Shown: positions 1 through 7,657 of the stretch, piece after piece | How the letters are laid out: every line of letters starts with the position of its first letter | Numbering within the stretch: the stretch's first letter is position 1 | Origin: Minisyncoccota bacterium | GTDB taxonomy: Bacteria; Patescibacteriota; Minisyncoccia; Phycocordibacterales; SBAW01 | NCBI GenBank assembly: GCA_035546615.1 | Contig: DASZWM010000006.1 | Location: forward strand, 32,001 to 96,000 | Reading direction: 5' to 3' | DNA length: 64,000 nt | Made by a program: the position numbers and the translations under genes | The notes under the pieces: generated by a model | The model's input: only the letters and a program-made list of their open reading frames with translations | Databases searched by the model: none | Told to the model about the DNA's origin: nothing

Positions 1-871
1 AGGTTACGAGCGAGCCTGCGACCGAGCCGCGGATGGTGGTAAGTATCTTGTTGGCGCGCGCGAACGCGAGCAGGTCGGCCACCACCATGAAATACGGCGA
101 GTAGCCTTTCTTGCAGATGATGCCGTACTCATACTCGATGCGCTCGCGTACCGCCGGATCGTCCAGGAGGCCGCGCTTCTCAATGCCCGCTTCGATAAGC
201 TTTCGCAATTCCGCGTCATAGGTTGAGCCGTCAGGAATTTTCAGGTCGGGGAACACCCAGGTGCCGAGCGCAAGCTCCAGTTCGCACTGGCTCGCTATTT
301 CGAGCGTTCGTGCAAGCTGGGCGGGGGTAAAGCGTTCCTCCATTTCGGCGGCTGAAGGAAAGTGATGGTCCGTATCCTCGGCGTCTATATCGCCGCCTTC
401 GTTGGCGCCCTTGTTTTCGATAGCCCGCATCGTTTCCCACGCGCGCTGGTCTTCGGGCTTCAGGTAATAGATCTCAGGCAGGGCGATGGTTTGGTCGGCC
501 GGGTCGAGCGTGATGATGCCGCTCGCGTGCGCTTTAAGCATCGCGTCGGTCACCGTCGGGTTGTCGGGGAACTCAAGCTGCGAGTCGGTGACAATCTTGA
601 GCAGATTCTGGTAGCCTTCGAGGTTCTTGGCGTACAAAAGCACGCGCTTGCCGTCGCCCAAGTGGGCGGAGAGCCCGATAATGGGCTTGATGCCGGCGCC
701 CTTGCACTCCTTGTAGAATTCGATGGCGCCGTAGAGGTTGCCGAGGTCGGTGAGCGCGAGCGCCTCGCAGCCTTCCGCTTTCGCGCGCTTCACGAGGTCC
801 GGAATCTTCGGCAGGGCCCTGAGCAAAGAGTAGTGCGAGTGGACGTGGAGGAGTGCGAATCGAGCGGCCAT
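1..871 (-). CDS. dnaE: DNA polymerase III alpha subunit, N-terminal PHP-domain part; the gene continues beyond the window start.
   Basis: My own minus-strand translation from the ATG at 869-871 reads MAARFALLHVHSHYSLLRALPKIPDLVKRAKAEGCEALALTDLGNLYGAIEFYKECKGAGIKPIIG... This is the classic DnaE PHP start (HxHxxYSxLDG-like). There is no stop before position 1. It is missing from the ORF track only because it is truncated by the window edge. Confidence 0.7.
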   Translation of the reverse strand, partial: MAARFALLHVHSHYSLLRALPKIPDLVKRAKAEGCEALALTDLGNLYGAIEFYKECKGAGIKPIIGLSAHLGDGKRVLLYAKNLEGYQNLLKIVTDSQLEFPDNPTVTDAMLKAHASGIITLDPADQTIALPEIYYLKPEDQRAWETMRAIENKGANEGGDIDAEDTDHHFPSAAEMEERFTPAQLARTLEIASQCELELALGTWVFPDLKIPDGSTYDAELRKLIEAGIEKRGLLDDPAVRERIEYEYGIICKKGYSPYFMVVADLLAFARANKILTTIRGSVAGSLVT

Positions 872-972
872 AAACCCAGTATAACAAACAAGGGCCGATT
901 GTTTTTGCGAGGAATCGTGGTACTTTTTAAGCGGGAAGGGAACTCAGCACCTGCTACTCAGGGGAGGAAAAA

Positions 973-1287
973 ATGCATCCGATCGTTATCGTTCTTGCCA
1001 TAATCGCCGTCATCGTATTGTTTGCCGTTCTCCAGGCCGGCTCGGCGGGCTTGACCCCTGTCGTCTTCGCTGCGGCTTGGCAGGAATGGCGCTGCCGCCG
1101 GGCGCACGCCTATCTAATGCGGCACGACCCGGATTTCAGGGACCGGGAAGAGAAGCATGCGCGACACCAACGGAACCATGCCGTAGCGCGCGAGCGCGAG
1201 GAGTTGTATACCGAGGGCGTATCGCCGGACGATCCCCGCATCCCCAATTTTGAGTATCCAGGGGAACGCGATCTGAAATTCCTCTAG
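973..1287 (+). CDS. Small hypothetical membrane protein, 104 aa, with an N-terminal hydrophobic helix.
   Basis: The ORF is preceded by GGGGAGG 7 nt upstream of the ATG. A rho-independent terminator follows it. Confidence 0.4.
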   Translation: MHPIVIVLAIIAVIVLFAVLQAGSAGLTPVVFAAAWQEWRCRRAHAYLMRHDPDFRDREEKHARHQRNHAVAREREELYTEGVSPDDPRIPNFEYPGERDLKFL

Positions 1288-1310
1288 CGAGGGCGTGGAA
1301 CAAGGAAAAA

Positions 1311-1347
1311 CGGGCGCTTGCGCGAGCGAGCGCCTGTTTTCTTTTTA
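1311..1347 (+). terminator. Rho-independent terminator.
   Basis: GC hairpin GGCGCTtgcgcgagcgAGCGCC followed by TGTTTTCTTTTT. Confidence 0.5.
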
Positions 1348-1361
1348 TATACAATAGGTAG

Positions 1362-1964
1362 GTGAAAAAGTTTTTAGCAGGCATAGACGAGGCAGGGCGC
1401 GGGCCTTTGGCGGGGCCGGTTTCGGTGGGCGTGGTAGTTGTGCCTATTGATTTCGACTTCAAGCTTTTTGACGGCGTGCGGGATTCAAAGCTCATGACCG
1501 AAGCCGCTCGCGAAGAATGGTTTCAGCGGCTGCCGGCGCTTGAGACATCTGCGGGCGTTCGGTGGAGCGTGCAATTCTCCTCCGCTCTATATATAGACAC
1601 ATACGGGATAGTGCCCGCGGTGAAGCGCGCCATCGCGCATGCGCTTCGGGAACTTGCGCTTGATCCGGAAGAGACCGAAATACGCCTCGACGGCTCGCTC
1701 AAGGCGCCCGCCGAATTTTTGCATCAGACGACCATCATCCGCGGCGACCAGACGCAGCCGGTAATAAGCATGGCGTCGGTCGCGGCCAAGGTCAGCCGCG
1801 ACCGGCTTATGAAAAAGCTCGCCGTAAAGTATCCGGAGTACGGCTTCGATATCCACAAGGGCTACGGCACCAAAAAACACCGAGAATTGATAGGGAAACT
1901 GGGGGTATGTAGCCTTCATCGCAAGACCTTCTGCAAGGTTGAAAAACAGGCACAAAAGGAGTAA
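1362..1964 (+). CDS. rnhB: Ribonuclease HII.
   Basis: GIDEAGRGPLAGPV motif and overall RNase HII architecture. GTG start. The -10-like TACAAT sits 6 nt upstream of the start. Confidence 0.9.
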   Translation: MKKFLAGIDEAGRGPLAGPVSVGVVVVPIDFDFKLFDGVRDSKLMTEAAREEWFQRLPALETSAGVRWSVQFSSALYIDTYGIVPAVKRAIAHALRELALDPEETEIRLDGSLKAPAEFLHQTTIIRGDQTQPVISMASVAAKVSRDRLMKKLAVKYPEYGFDIHKGYGTKKHRELIGKLGVCSLHRKTFCKVEKQAQKE

Positions 1965-2048
1965 GGTTAATAGCCGGAATAGCTTAAGTACGTGCCTATG
2001 ACTAAAGCGGCGCAATAAGCGCAAGAATTCTGTTTTGGGAGAACAACC

Positions 2049-2246
2049 TTGCCTTTCGAACAACTTGCGAAAAATGTTGTCGGTGAAAACGCCGACCTTC
2101 AGAACCTCGCGCAGCAATGCTGTAACAAGTTCGGCCTTCCCGGAGGCTGTACGTGTGCCGACGAGGTGATCAACACGACTGCTTGGCAGGACTGGCCTCC
2201 GGGCCCTCTTGCCGAACTGCTGACACAGGCGAAACACCCGCACTAG
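2049..2246 (+). CDS. Hypothetical small Cys-containing protein, 65 aa; weak call.
   Basis: ORF with a non-ATG start and no recognisable domain. A terminator-like hairpin follows at 2272-2315. Confidence 0.2.
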   Translation: MPFEQLAKNVVGENADLQNLAQQCCNKFGLPGGCTCADEVINTTAWQDWPPGPLAELLTQAKHPH

Positions 2247-2363
2247 CGGTTCCGCTTGTCATCAGCCTAAAAGGACCCAGCCCCTCGATTTCGGGGGACT
2301 GGGCCTTTTGCTTTATACCCAGTCTAAATTGCGTTTTAAGCCATATTTTGGTATAGTCTCGCC

Positions 2364-2600
2364 ATGGTCGTCCGAATGAGACATAACAGGAGCCAGACCG
2401 GTCAGCACCGGGCTCATCTCGCGCTTAAGGCGAAGTCGCTTATGAAGTGCGAATGCGGCGCCATGCGCGTGTCTCATAGGGCATGCCCGGAATGCGGCCG
2501 TTACAACGGCCGCGTCGTGGTTGACCTGGCGGGCAAAAAGCAGGCCCGCGCCGCAAAGAAGTCGAAGAAGGAAGGAGTTAAGAGCGAGGCGCAGAAGTAG
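2364..2600 (+). CDS. rpmF: 50S ribosomal protein L32.
   Basis: MVVRMRHNRSQTGQHRAHLALKA ... CPECGRYNGRVVV, with an L32 zinc-ribbon CxxC pair. TTGCGT-17-TGgTATAGT promoter ends 6 nt before the ATG (leaderless geometry). Confidence 0.85.
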   Translation: MVVRMRHNRSQTGQHRAHLALKAKSLMKCECGAMRVSHRACPECGRYNGRVVVDLAGKKQARAAKKSKKEGVKSEAQK

Positions 2601-2677
2601 TTGTCTGCCTTTGGCTCTTAGGTCTATCTGAAGTTCGGTCGCTTGGCGCAGGTTCGAAAGCAGCTCTTTCATAAACA

Positions 2678-3586
2678 ATGGCAAATAGGCACCTATCCCG
2701 CTCAGTTGTCCTACAGACGCTCTTTGAGTGGGACATCCGCAATGCTTCGTCCGAAGGGGCGGGGGATGCCCTTGCGCGCAATGCCGCGGAGTTTGCTCCG
2801 GCGGCGGGCGACCTGCCGTTTATGGAAGACTTGCTCAAGGGAACTCTTTCCCGCAAAGCGGACCTTGATATGGTCATTGAAAAGGCGGCGCCCGAGTGGC
2901 CGCTTGATCGCATCGCGCCTGTGGACCGCAATGTCCTGAGGCTCGGGCTCTACGAGCTTCTTTTTGCCGACCGCGACAAGGTTCCGGCAAAGGTGGCGAT
3001 AAACGAGGCTATTGAGCTGGCGAAGTCCTTCGGCGGCGAGAATTCCGGACGCTTCGTCAACGGCGTGCTCGGCGCCGTGTACAAGGAGCTCGGCGAGCCG
3101 GGCAAGGACGAAGTCTCCAAGAAAAAGAAGGACGTTCCGTACGAGGAAATGCCGGTCCAGCACCTGGGCGGCGCTGTCGTCTACGCGCGCCAGGGCAAGG
3201 ACCTGTATCTGGCGCTCGTGCACGATATCTTCGGCCACTGGACGCTCTCTAAGGGCAAAATAGGCGACAAGCCCGAATTCGCCAACGAAACGGTGGAGGA
3301 AGGCACGATACGCGAGATAAAAGAGGAGATAGGCCTGGACATAACGCTCAAGGAGAAGATAGGCGAGAACGAGTACGTCGCAAGCGACCCGAAGACCGGC
3401 AAGAAGCGCAAGCACGTCACCTACTTCCTTGCGGAGTCGCCGTTCGCCGAAGTAAAGCTCGAGCAGAAAGGCGGGCTCGACGACGCGCGATGGTTCAAGC
3501 TACAGGACGCGCTCGACCTCAATTTCTACGAAGATATGCTCCCGCTCGTTACAAAAGCAGTGCAAAGATTAGCCCAAGAGAAATAG
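2678..3586 (+). CDS. nusB: NusB (transcription antitermination factor) fused to a C-terminal NUDIX hydrolase domain.
   Basis: Residues 1-143 match NusB (LRLGLYELLF..., AINEAIELAKSFGGENSGRFVNGVL). A lysine-rich linker follows. The C-terminal ~140 aa carry a Nudix box (E-x7-REIKEEIGL). Confidence 0.8.
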   Translation: MANRHLSRSVVLQTLFEWDIRNASSEGAGDALARNAAEFAPAAGDLPFMEDLLKGTLSRKADLDMVIEKAAPEWPLDRIAPVDRNVLRLGLYELLFADRDKVPAKVAINEAIELAKSFGGENSGRFVNGVLGAVYKELGEPGKDEVSKKKKDVPYEEMPVQHLGGAVVYARQGKDLYLALVHDIFGHWTLSKGKIGDKPEFANETVEEGTIREIKEEIGLDITLKEKIGENEYVASDPKTGKKRKHVTYFLAESPFAEVKLEQKGGLDDARWFKLQDALDLNFYEDMLPLVTKAVQRLAQEK

Positions 3587-3651
3587 GGTATAGCCACTAG
3601 CCAATAGTGAGCTCCCTACACCCTAAACCCTAACCACCAAACCCTACTCCC

Positions 3652-4344
3652 ATGCAGAAAGACTTTACGGCATTTGAGGCTTCCCTCGGCCTGACCTTCC
3701 GCGACCCGGCGCTTTTGCGCCAGGCTTTTACGCATCGCTCGTACCTCAATGAACACCGTTCTGAGGGCAGCGCGCACAACGAACGCCTCGAGTTCCTCGG
3801 CGACGCCGTGCTCGAGCTCATCGCCACGCACTTTTTGTACGAGAAATTCCCCGCGCATCCGGAGGGCGACCTGACGGCATTCCGCGCCTCGCTCGTGAAT
3901 GCCGTAACGCTCGGCGGCGTGGCGGCGGAAATAGGCATGAACGACTACCTGCTTCTTTCAAAGGGCGAAAGCAAGGACAACGGTCGCGCCCGCAGCGTGC
4001 TCCTGGCCAATGCCATTGAGGCGCTGGTGGGCGCGATATATCTTGACCAGGGCTATGATGCCGCGAAGGCCTTTATCGAAAAGCATCTCTTCCCCAAACT
4101 CGACGAGATAGTGCAGAAGAAGCTTTGGCGCGACGCCAAGTCGGTGCTTCAGGAGCGCGCGCAGGAAACGGAAGGCGCCACGCCATCGTACTCGGTCATG
4201 ACCGAGTCCGGCCCCGACCACGACAAGCAGTTCGTCGTCGGCGTCTACGTAAAAGACACGATGCTGGCCAAGGGAAGCGGCAAGTCAAAGCAGGAGGCGG
4301 AGCAGGACGCCGCCCGCAACGCGCTTGAAGCCAAGGGGTGGTAA
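3652..4344 (+). CDS. rnc: Ribonuclease III.
   Basis: ERLEFLGDAVLEL signature, plus a C-terminal dsRBD (KSKQEAEQDAARNALE). Confidence 0.95.
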   Translation: MQKDFTAFEASLGLTFRDPALLRQAFTHRSYLNEHRSEGSAHNERLEFLGDAVLELIATHFLYEKFPAHPEGDLTAFRASLVNAVTLGGVAAEIGMNDYLLLSKGESKDNGRARSVLLANAIEALVGAIYLDQGYDAAKAFIEKHLFPKLDEIVQKKLWRDAKSVLQERAQETEGATPSYSVMTESGPDHDKQFVVGVYVKDTMLAKGSGKSKQEAEQDAARNALEAKGW

Positions 4345-4381
4345 GAGTACTGTTACTCCAGATCCAACGGAGGATGCAGGC

Positions 4382-4576
4382 ATGGCGATGTTTCTGGTAT
4401 CGGATTCTTCGCGGCGCGAAGCCCTGAGAAGAATGCACAGAGAACAGGTTGAGCCGATGATGCGAAGGCTGGCGTTCATCAGGAGCCCGGCTTTCGCTCG
4501 CGCGGTCAATGCGGCCAACCGAAAGGGCGAGCATCTGTGGAATAAAAGGAAGCGCGAGCAAGAGGGTGTCCGATGA
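4382..4576 (+). CDS. Hypothetical small basic protein, ~64 aa.
   Basis: GGAGG lies 6 nt upstream of the ATG (MAMFLVSDSSRREALRRMH...). No homology recognised. Confidence 0.3.
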   Translation: MAMFLVSDSSRREALRRMHREQVEPMMRRLAFIRSPAFARAVNAANRKGEHLWNKRKREQEGVR

Positions 4577-4607
4577 GGGCATCCTAAACTTTTGCTACAA
4601 TAGCCCT

Positions 4608-6872
4608 ATGCGCTTAAAAAGCATCGAGCTGTCGGGCTTCAAGTCTTTTGCCAAAAAGACGACGCTTGAATTCGGCACGTCCATAACCTCCATCGTGGGC
4701 CCCAACGGCTCGGGCAAATCGAATACCGCCGAATCCTTCCGCTTCGTGCTCGGCGAGCAGTCGATGAAGTCGATGCGCGGGCGAAAAGGCGAGGACATGA
4801 TCTGGAACGGTTCGGCTTCGGTGCCGCGCGCGGGCCGCGCCAGCGTGAAGCTCATTTTCGACAACGCCGACCGGGCGCTCAATCTCGACTTCGACGAGGT
4901 GTCTATCGAGCGCGTCGTATACCGCGACGGCGGCAACGACTATCTGCTTAACGGCAGCCAGGTGCGCCTGCGCGATATTTCCGAGCTTTTGGCCCAGGCC
5001 AATATCGGCGCTTCCGGCCACCACATTATTTCCCAGGGCGAAGCAGACCGCGTGCTGACGGCGTCTTCCCGCGAGCGGCGCGAGATGATAGAGGACGCGC
5101 TGGGGCTGACCGCTTTTTTGTATAAGCGCGAGGAGGCCGAGCGCAAGCTCGAGAAGGCGGCGGAGAACATGCGCGAGGTGGGGGCCCTCAGGCGCGAGCT
5201 CATGCCGCATTTGAAGTTCCTCGCAAGCCAGGTAAAGAAAATAGAGGAGGCGCAGACGCTCAAAGACACGCTTGCGGAAAAGTTCGCCGAGTATCTGAAG
5301 CGGGAAAGCGTATATCTCGCCGCCGCCGAAGCGGAACTGAAGGAAGAAGAGGCCGCTCCGCATGCAGAGCACCGCGAGCTCGATTCCCGTATCGAACATC
5401 TTCGTCACGAGCTTGCGGGCAAGGGCAAGAAAGATGCTGAAACCCACGAACTCATCGCGCTTGAGGCAGAGGGCCGCACGCTCGCGGGAAAGCGCGATGC
5501 CCGGGCCCGCGAACTGGGGCGGGTGGAAGGCGAGATTGCCGCGCAGGAGCGCATGTCGCATGTAGTGGTGAGTACGGTGCCGATGGAGGAGGCAAATACA
5601 TTCGCTAACCGCGTGCAGGAAGAGCTTGAACTGTTTCTGACGCTCGAAGGCCAGCCGCTCAAGGCGCGGATACACGCGCTTGTCGTGCTTGCCAAGGACT
5701 TCCTGCGCCGCATCAAGGAGCGCGGCATGCCGCAGGGGACTAGCGTGGAATCGCTCAAGGCAAAGCATGCGGAGCTTGAACAGGAGCTGAAAGAACTCCA
5801 GGCCGGGGAAGCCCGCGTCGCCCGAGAGGTGGAAGCCCTGCGCCGCAAGATAGAAGGAGAAAAGGACGCTTCGCGCGAAGCGGAGCGCGAGCTCTTCCAG
5901 GCGATGGCAAAGCGCAGCGAGCTTGAGGTGGAACTTGCCCGTCTTAAGAACCGACGCGACATCCTGGCGCGCGAACGCGAGCAATTTAAGGCGGAAGTAA
6001 CTGAAGCAGGCGTTCTAGTAGGCCGCGCCGCGCTCGACTACGCCGACTACAGGGTGCAGGAAGGTTCCGGCGAAGCGGTTTCCGAGGCGGATATGGCAAG
6101 CGAGGAGCGCGGCGTGCAGTCCGACCGCCGCCGCAAGCTTGAGCGCATGAAGATAAAGCTTGAGGAAATAGGCGCGGGGAACTCGGAGGAAGTCTTGCGC
6201 GAGCACAAAGAGACGACCGAGCGGGACGAGTTCTTGGCACGCGAGCTGCTGGATCTTGAATCATCGTCCGAGAAGCTGCACGGCCTCATCAATGAGCTCA
6301 CCGCAACGCTTGAGACGCGCTTCTCCGAAGGCATCGAGAAGATAAATACCGAATTCGATACGTACTTCAAGCTCATGTTCGGCGGCGGCAACGCCAGCCT
6401 CACGCTTGTTAAGGAAAAGAAGGCGCGCCGCGCGGTGCCCACAGGCCTGCTCGGCGATTTTGAAGAGGACAGCGAACATGAAGAAACACGCGCTGATGCT
6501 GAGGAAGAGGATATAGAGGAGGGAATCGAGATAGCCGTTACCCTGCCGCACAAGCGCATCAAGGGCCTCCATATGCTCTCGGGCGGCGAACGCGCGCTTA
6601 CGTCCATCGCGCTCATATTCGCGATGAGCCAGGTCAACCCGCCCCCCTTCCTGATACTCGACGAGACCGACGCGGCGCTGGACGAGGCGAACTCGCGCCG
6701 CTATGGCGACATGATAGAGAATCTTGCCAAAAAGTCCCAGCTTATTTTGATAACGCACAACCGCGAGACCATGGCCCGCGCCGGCATCCTCTACGGAGTA
6801 ACGATGGGCAGCGACGGCGCGTCCAAGCTCTTGTCAGTCCGATTTGAAGACGCGCTCGCAGTGGCGAAATAA
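4608..6872 (+). CDS. smc: SMC-family chromosome segregation ATPase, short form (~755 aa).
   Basis: N-terminal Walker A (GPNGSGKSN), long coiled-coil, C-terminal signature LSGGERALTSIAL and Walker B (FLILDETDAALD). Start assigned at MRLKSIELSGFKSF. TACAAT sits 6 nt upstream of the ATG and there is no SD. Confidence 0.8.
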   Translation: MRLKSIELSGFKSFAKKTTLEFGTSITSIVGPNGSGKSNTAESFRFVLGEQSMKSMRGRKGEDMIWNGSASVPRAGRASVKLIFDNADRALNLDFDEVSIERVVYRDGGNDYLLNGSQVRLRDISELLAQANIGASGHHIISQGEADRVLTASSRERREMIEDALGLTAFLYKREEAERKLEKAAENMREVGALRRELMPHLKFLASQVKKIEEAQTLKDTLAEKFAEYLKRESVYLAAAEAELKEEEAAPHAEHRELDSRIEHLRHELAGKGKKDAETHELIALEAEGRTLAGKRDARARELGRVEGEIAAQERMSHVVVSTVPMEEANTFANRVQEELELFLTLEGQPLKARIHALVVLAKDFLRRIKERGMPQGTSVESLKAKHAELEQELKELQAGEARVAREVEALRRKIEGEKDASREAERELFQAMAKRSELEVELARLKNRRDILAREREQFKAEVTEAGVLVGRAALDYADYRVQEGSGEAVSEADMASEERGVQSDRRRKLERMKIKLEEIGAGNSEEVLREHKETTERDEFLARELLDLESSSEKLHGLINELTATLETRFSEGIEKINTEFDTYFKLMFGGGNASLTLVKEKKARRAVPTGLLGDFEEDSEHEETRADAEEEDIEEGIEIAVTLPHKRIKGLHMLSGGERALTSIALIFAMSQVNPPPFLILDETDAALDEANSRRYGDMIENLAKKSQLILITHNRETMARAGILYGVTMGSDGASKLLSVRFEDALAVAK

Positions 6873-6943
6873 AAAAGCCGTGGTATAAAAGTAAGAATTC
6901 CGCGAATTTGGGCGGAAGCGAACATTTCCTAGGGAGAATCTAG

Positions 6944-7174
6944 ATGCAGCAGGCTCCGGTAGAGGTGCAGACCGCTGACGGGTCGTTCCTTGTCTCGAAA
7001 ATCGGGTACGAGCAGTTTCGGTGTCAACGCCAGACGCCCGAAGGGATCGTCGACGTTAATTACTGGAACGACATTCCCAGCAGCTCTTGGCCCCCGATCC
7101 AGCGGGCTGTTGAAGATCTTGCGCGCAGTCCGGCATTTCCTCCGGCTGCCAACACTAACCTCCGCTGGGATTAG
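6944..7174 (+). CDS. Hypothetical protein, 76 aa.
   Basis: AGGGAG lies 7 nt upstream of the ATG. A clean terminator follows (GGGTGCGGGCCGCAAGGCCCGCCC + T-tract at 7190-7226). Confidence 0.4.
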   Translation: MQQAPVEVQTADGSFLVSKIGYEQFRCQRQTPEGIVDVNYWNDIPSSSWPPIQRAVEDLARSPAFPPAANTNLRWD

Positions 7175-7287
7175 TCCGGTTCGAAATTCAAGGGTGCGGG
7201 CCGCAAGGCCCGCCCTTTTCTTTTTGACCCCTGGCGCATTCTATGAAACAGTGGGAAGCGGCTGAATCGTTGGCAAGGAGAATGAGC

Positions 7288-7602
7288 ATGCTGCAAAGAA
7301 TGCATGAGCCGGTGCCGTCAGCCGATATGGCAACGGGGCCCTATCTGGAAACAAGATCGGCCGAGGACGGCAAGCTCTACCGTTTGGTAGCCGCTCAGGG
7401 CGCCATCACCGCCTATGTTCACAACCGCGCTTTCGGCGCGTGGGAGCCGGTGAGTATTATTCCGCGCGACATGCGTGCGTTCGCGAGCCGGATGAGCGCT
7501 ACCCCGCAGGAAAACCGGTTCACGGAAGGCCGGTCCATCTTGTCCTTCAACCAGAAAAATTGGATAGGCAACAAGATGGCCAAAGACTATTACGGGCGCT
7601 AA
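7288..7602 (+). CDS. Hypothetical protein, ~104 aa.
   Basis: AAGGAG lies 7 nt upstream of the internal ATG (MLQRMHEP...). The ORF could begin at 7243. A terminator follows. Confidence 0.35.
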   Translation: MLQRMHEPVPSADMATGPYLETRSAEDGKLYRLVAAQGAITAYVHNRAFGAWEPVSIIPRDMRAFASRMSATPQENRFTEGRSILSFNQKNWIGNKMAKDYYGR

Positions 7603-7614
7603 TAATGCCCGTAA

Positions 7615-7657
7615 CCGGGACGCCCGCGCAACAGCGCGGGCGTCCTTTCTTTTTATT
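7615..7657. terminator. Bidirectional rho-independent terminator between the hypothetical gene (+) and rnr (-).
   Basis: GGGACGCCCGCGCAACAGCGCGGGCGTCC flanked by T-tracts. Confidence 0.5.

Noticed and set aside
3613-3651. Telomere-like C-rich tract CCCTAAACCCTAACCACCAAACCC in the rnc leader.
   Set aside because: Only ~2.5 imperfect CCCTAA units. It is more simply explained as a pyrimidine-rich SD-less 5' UTR. It is not a telomeric array, and there is no evidence of linear-replicon ends.
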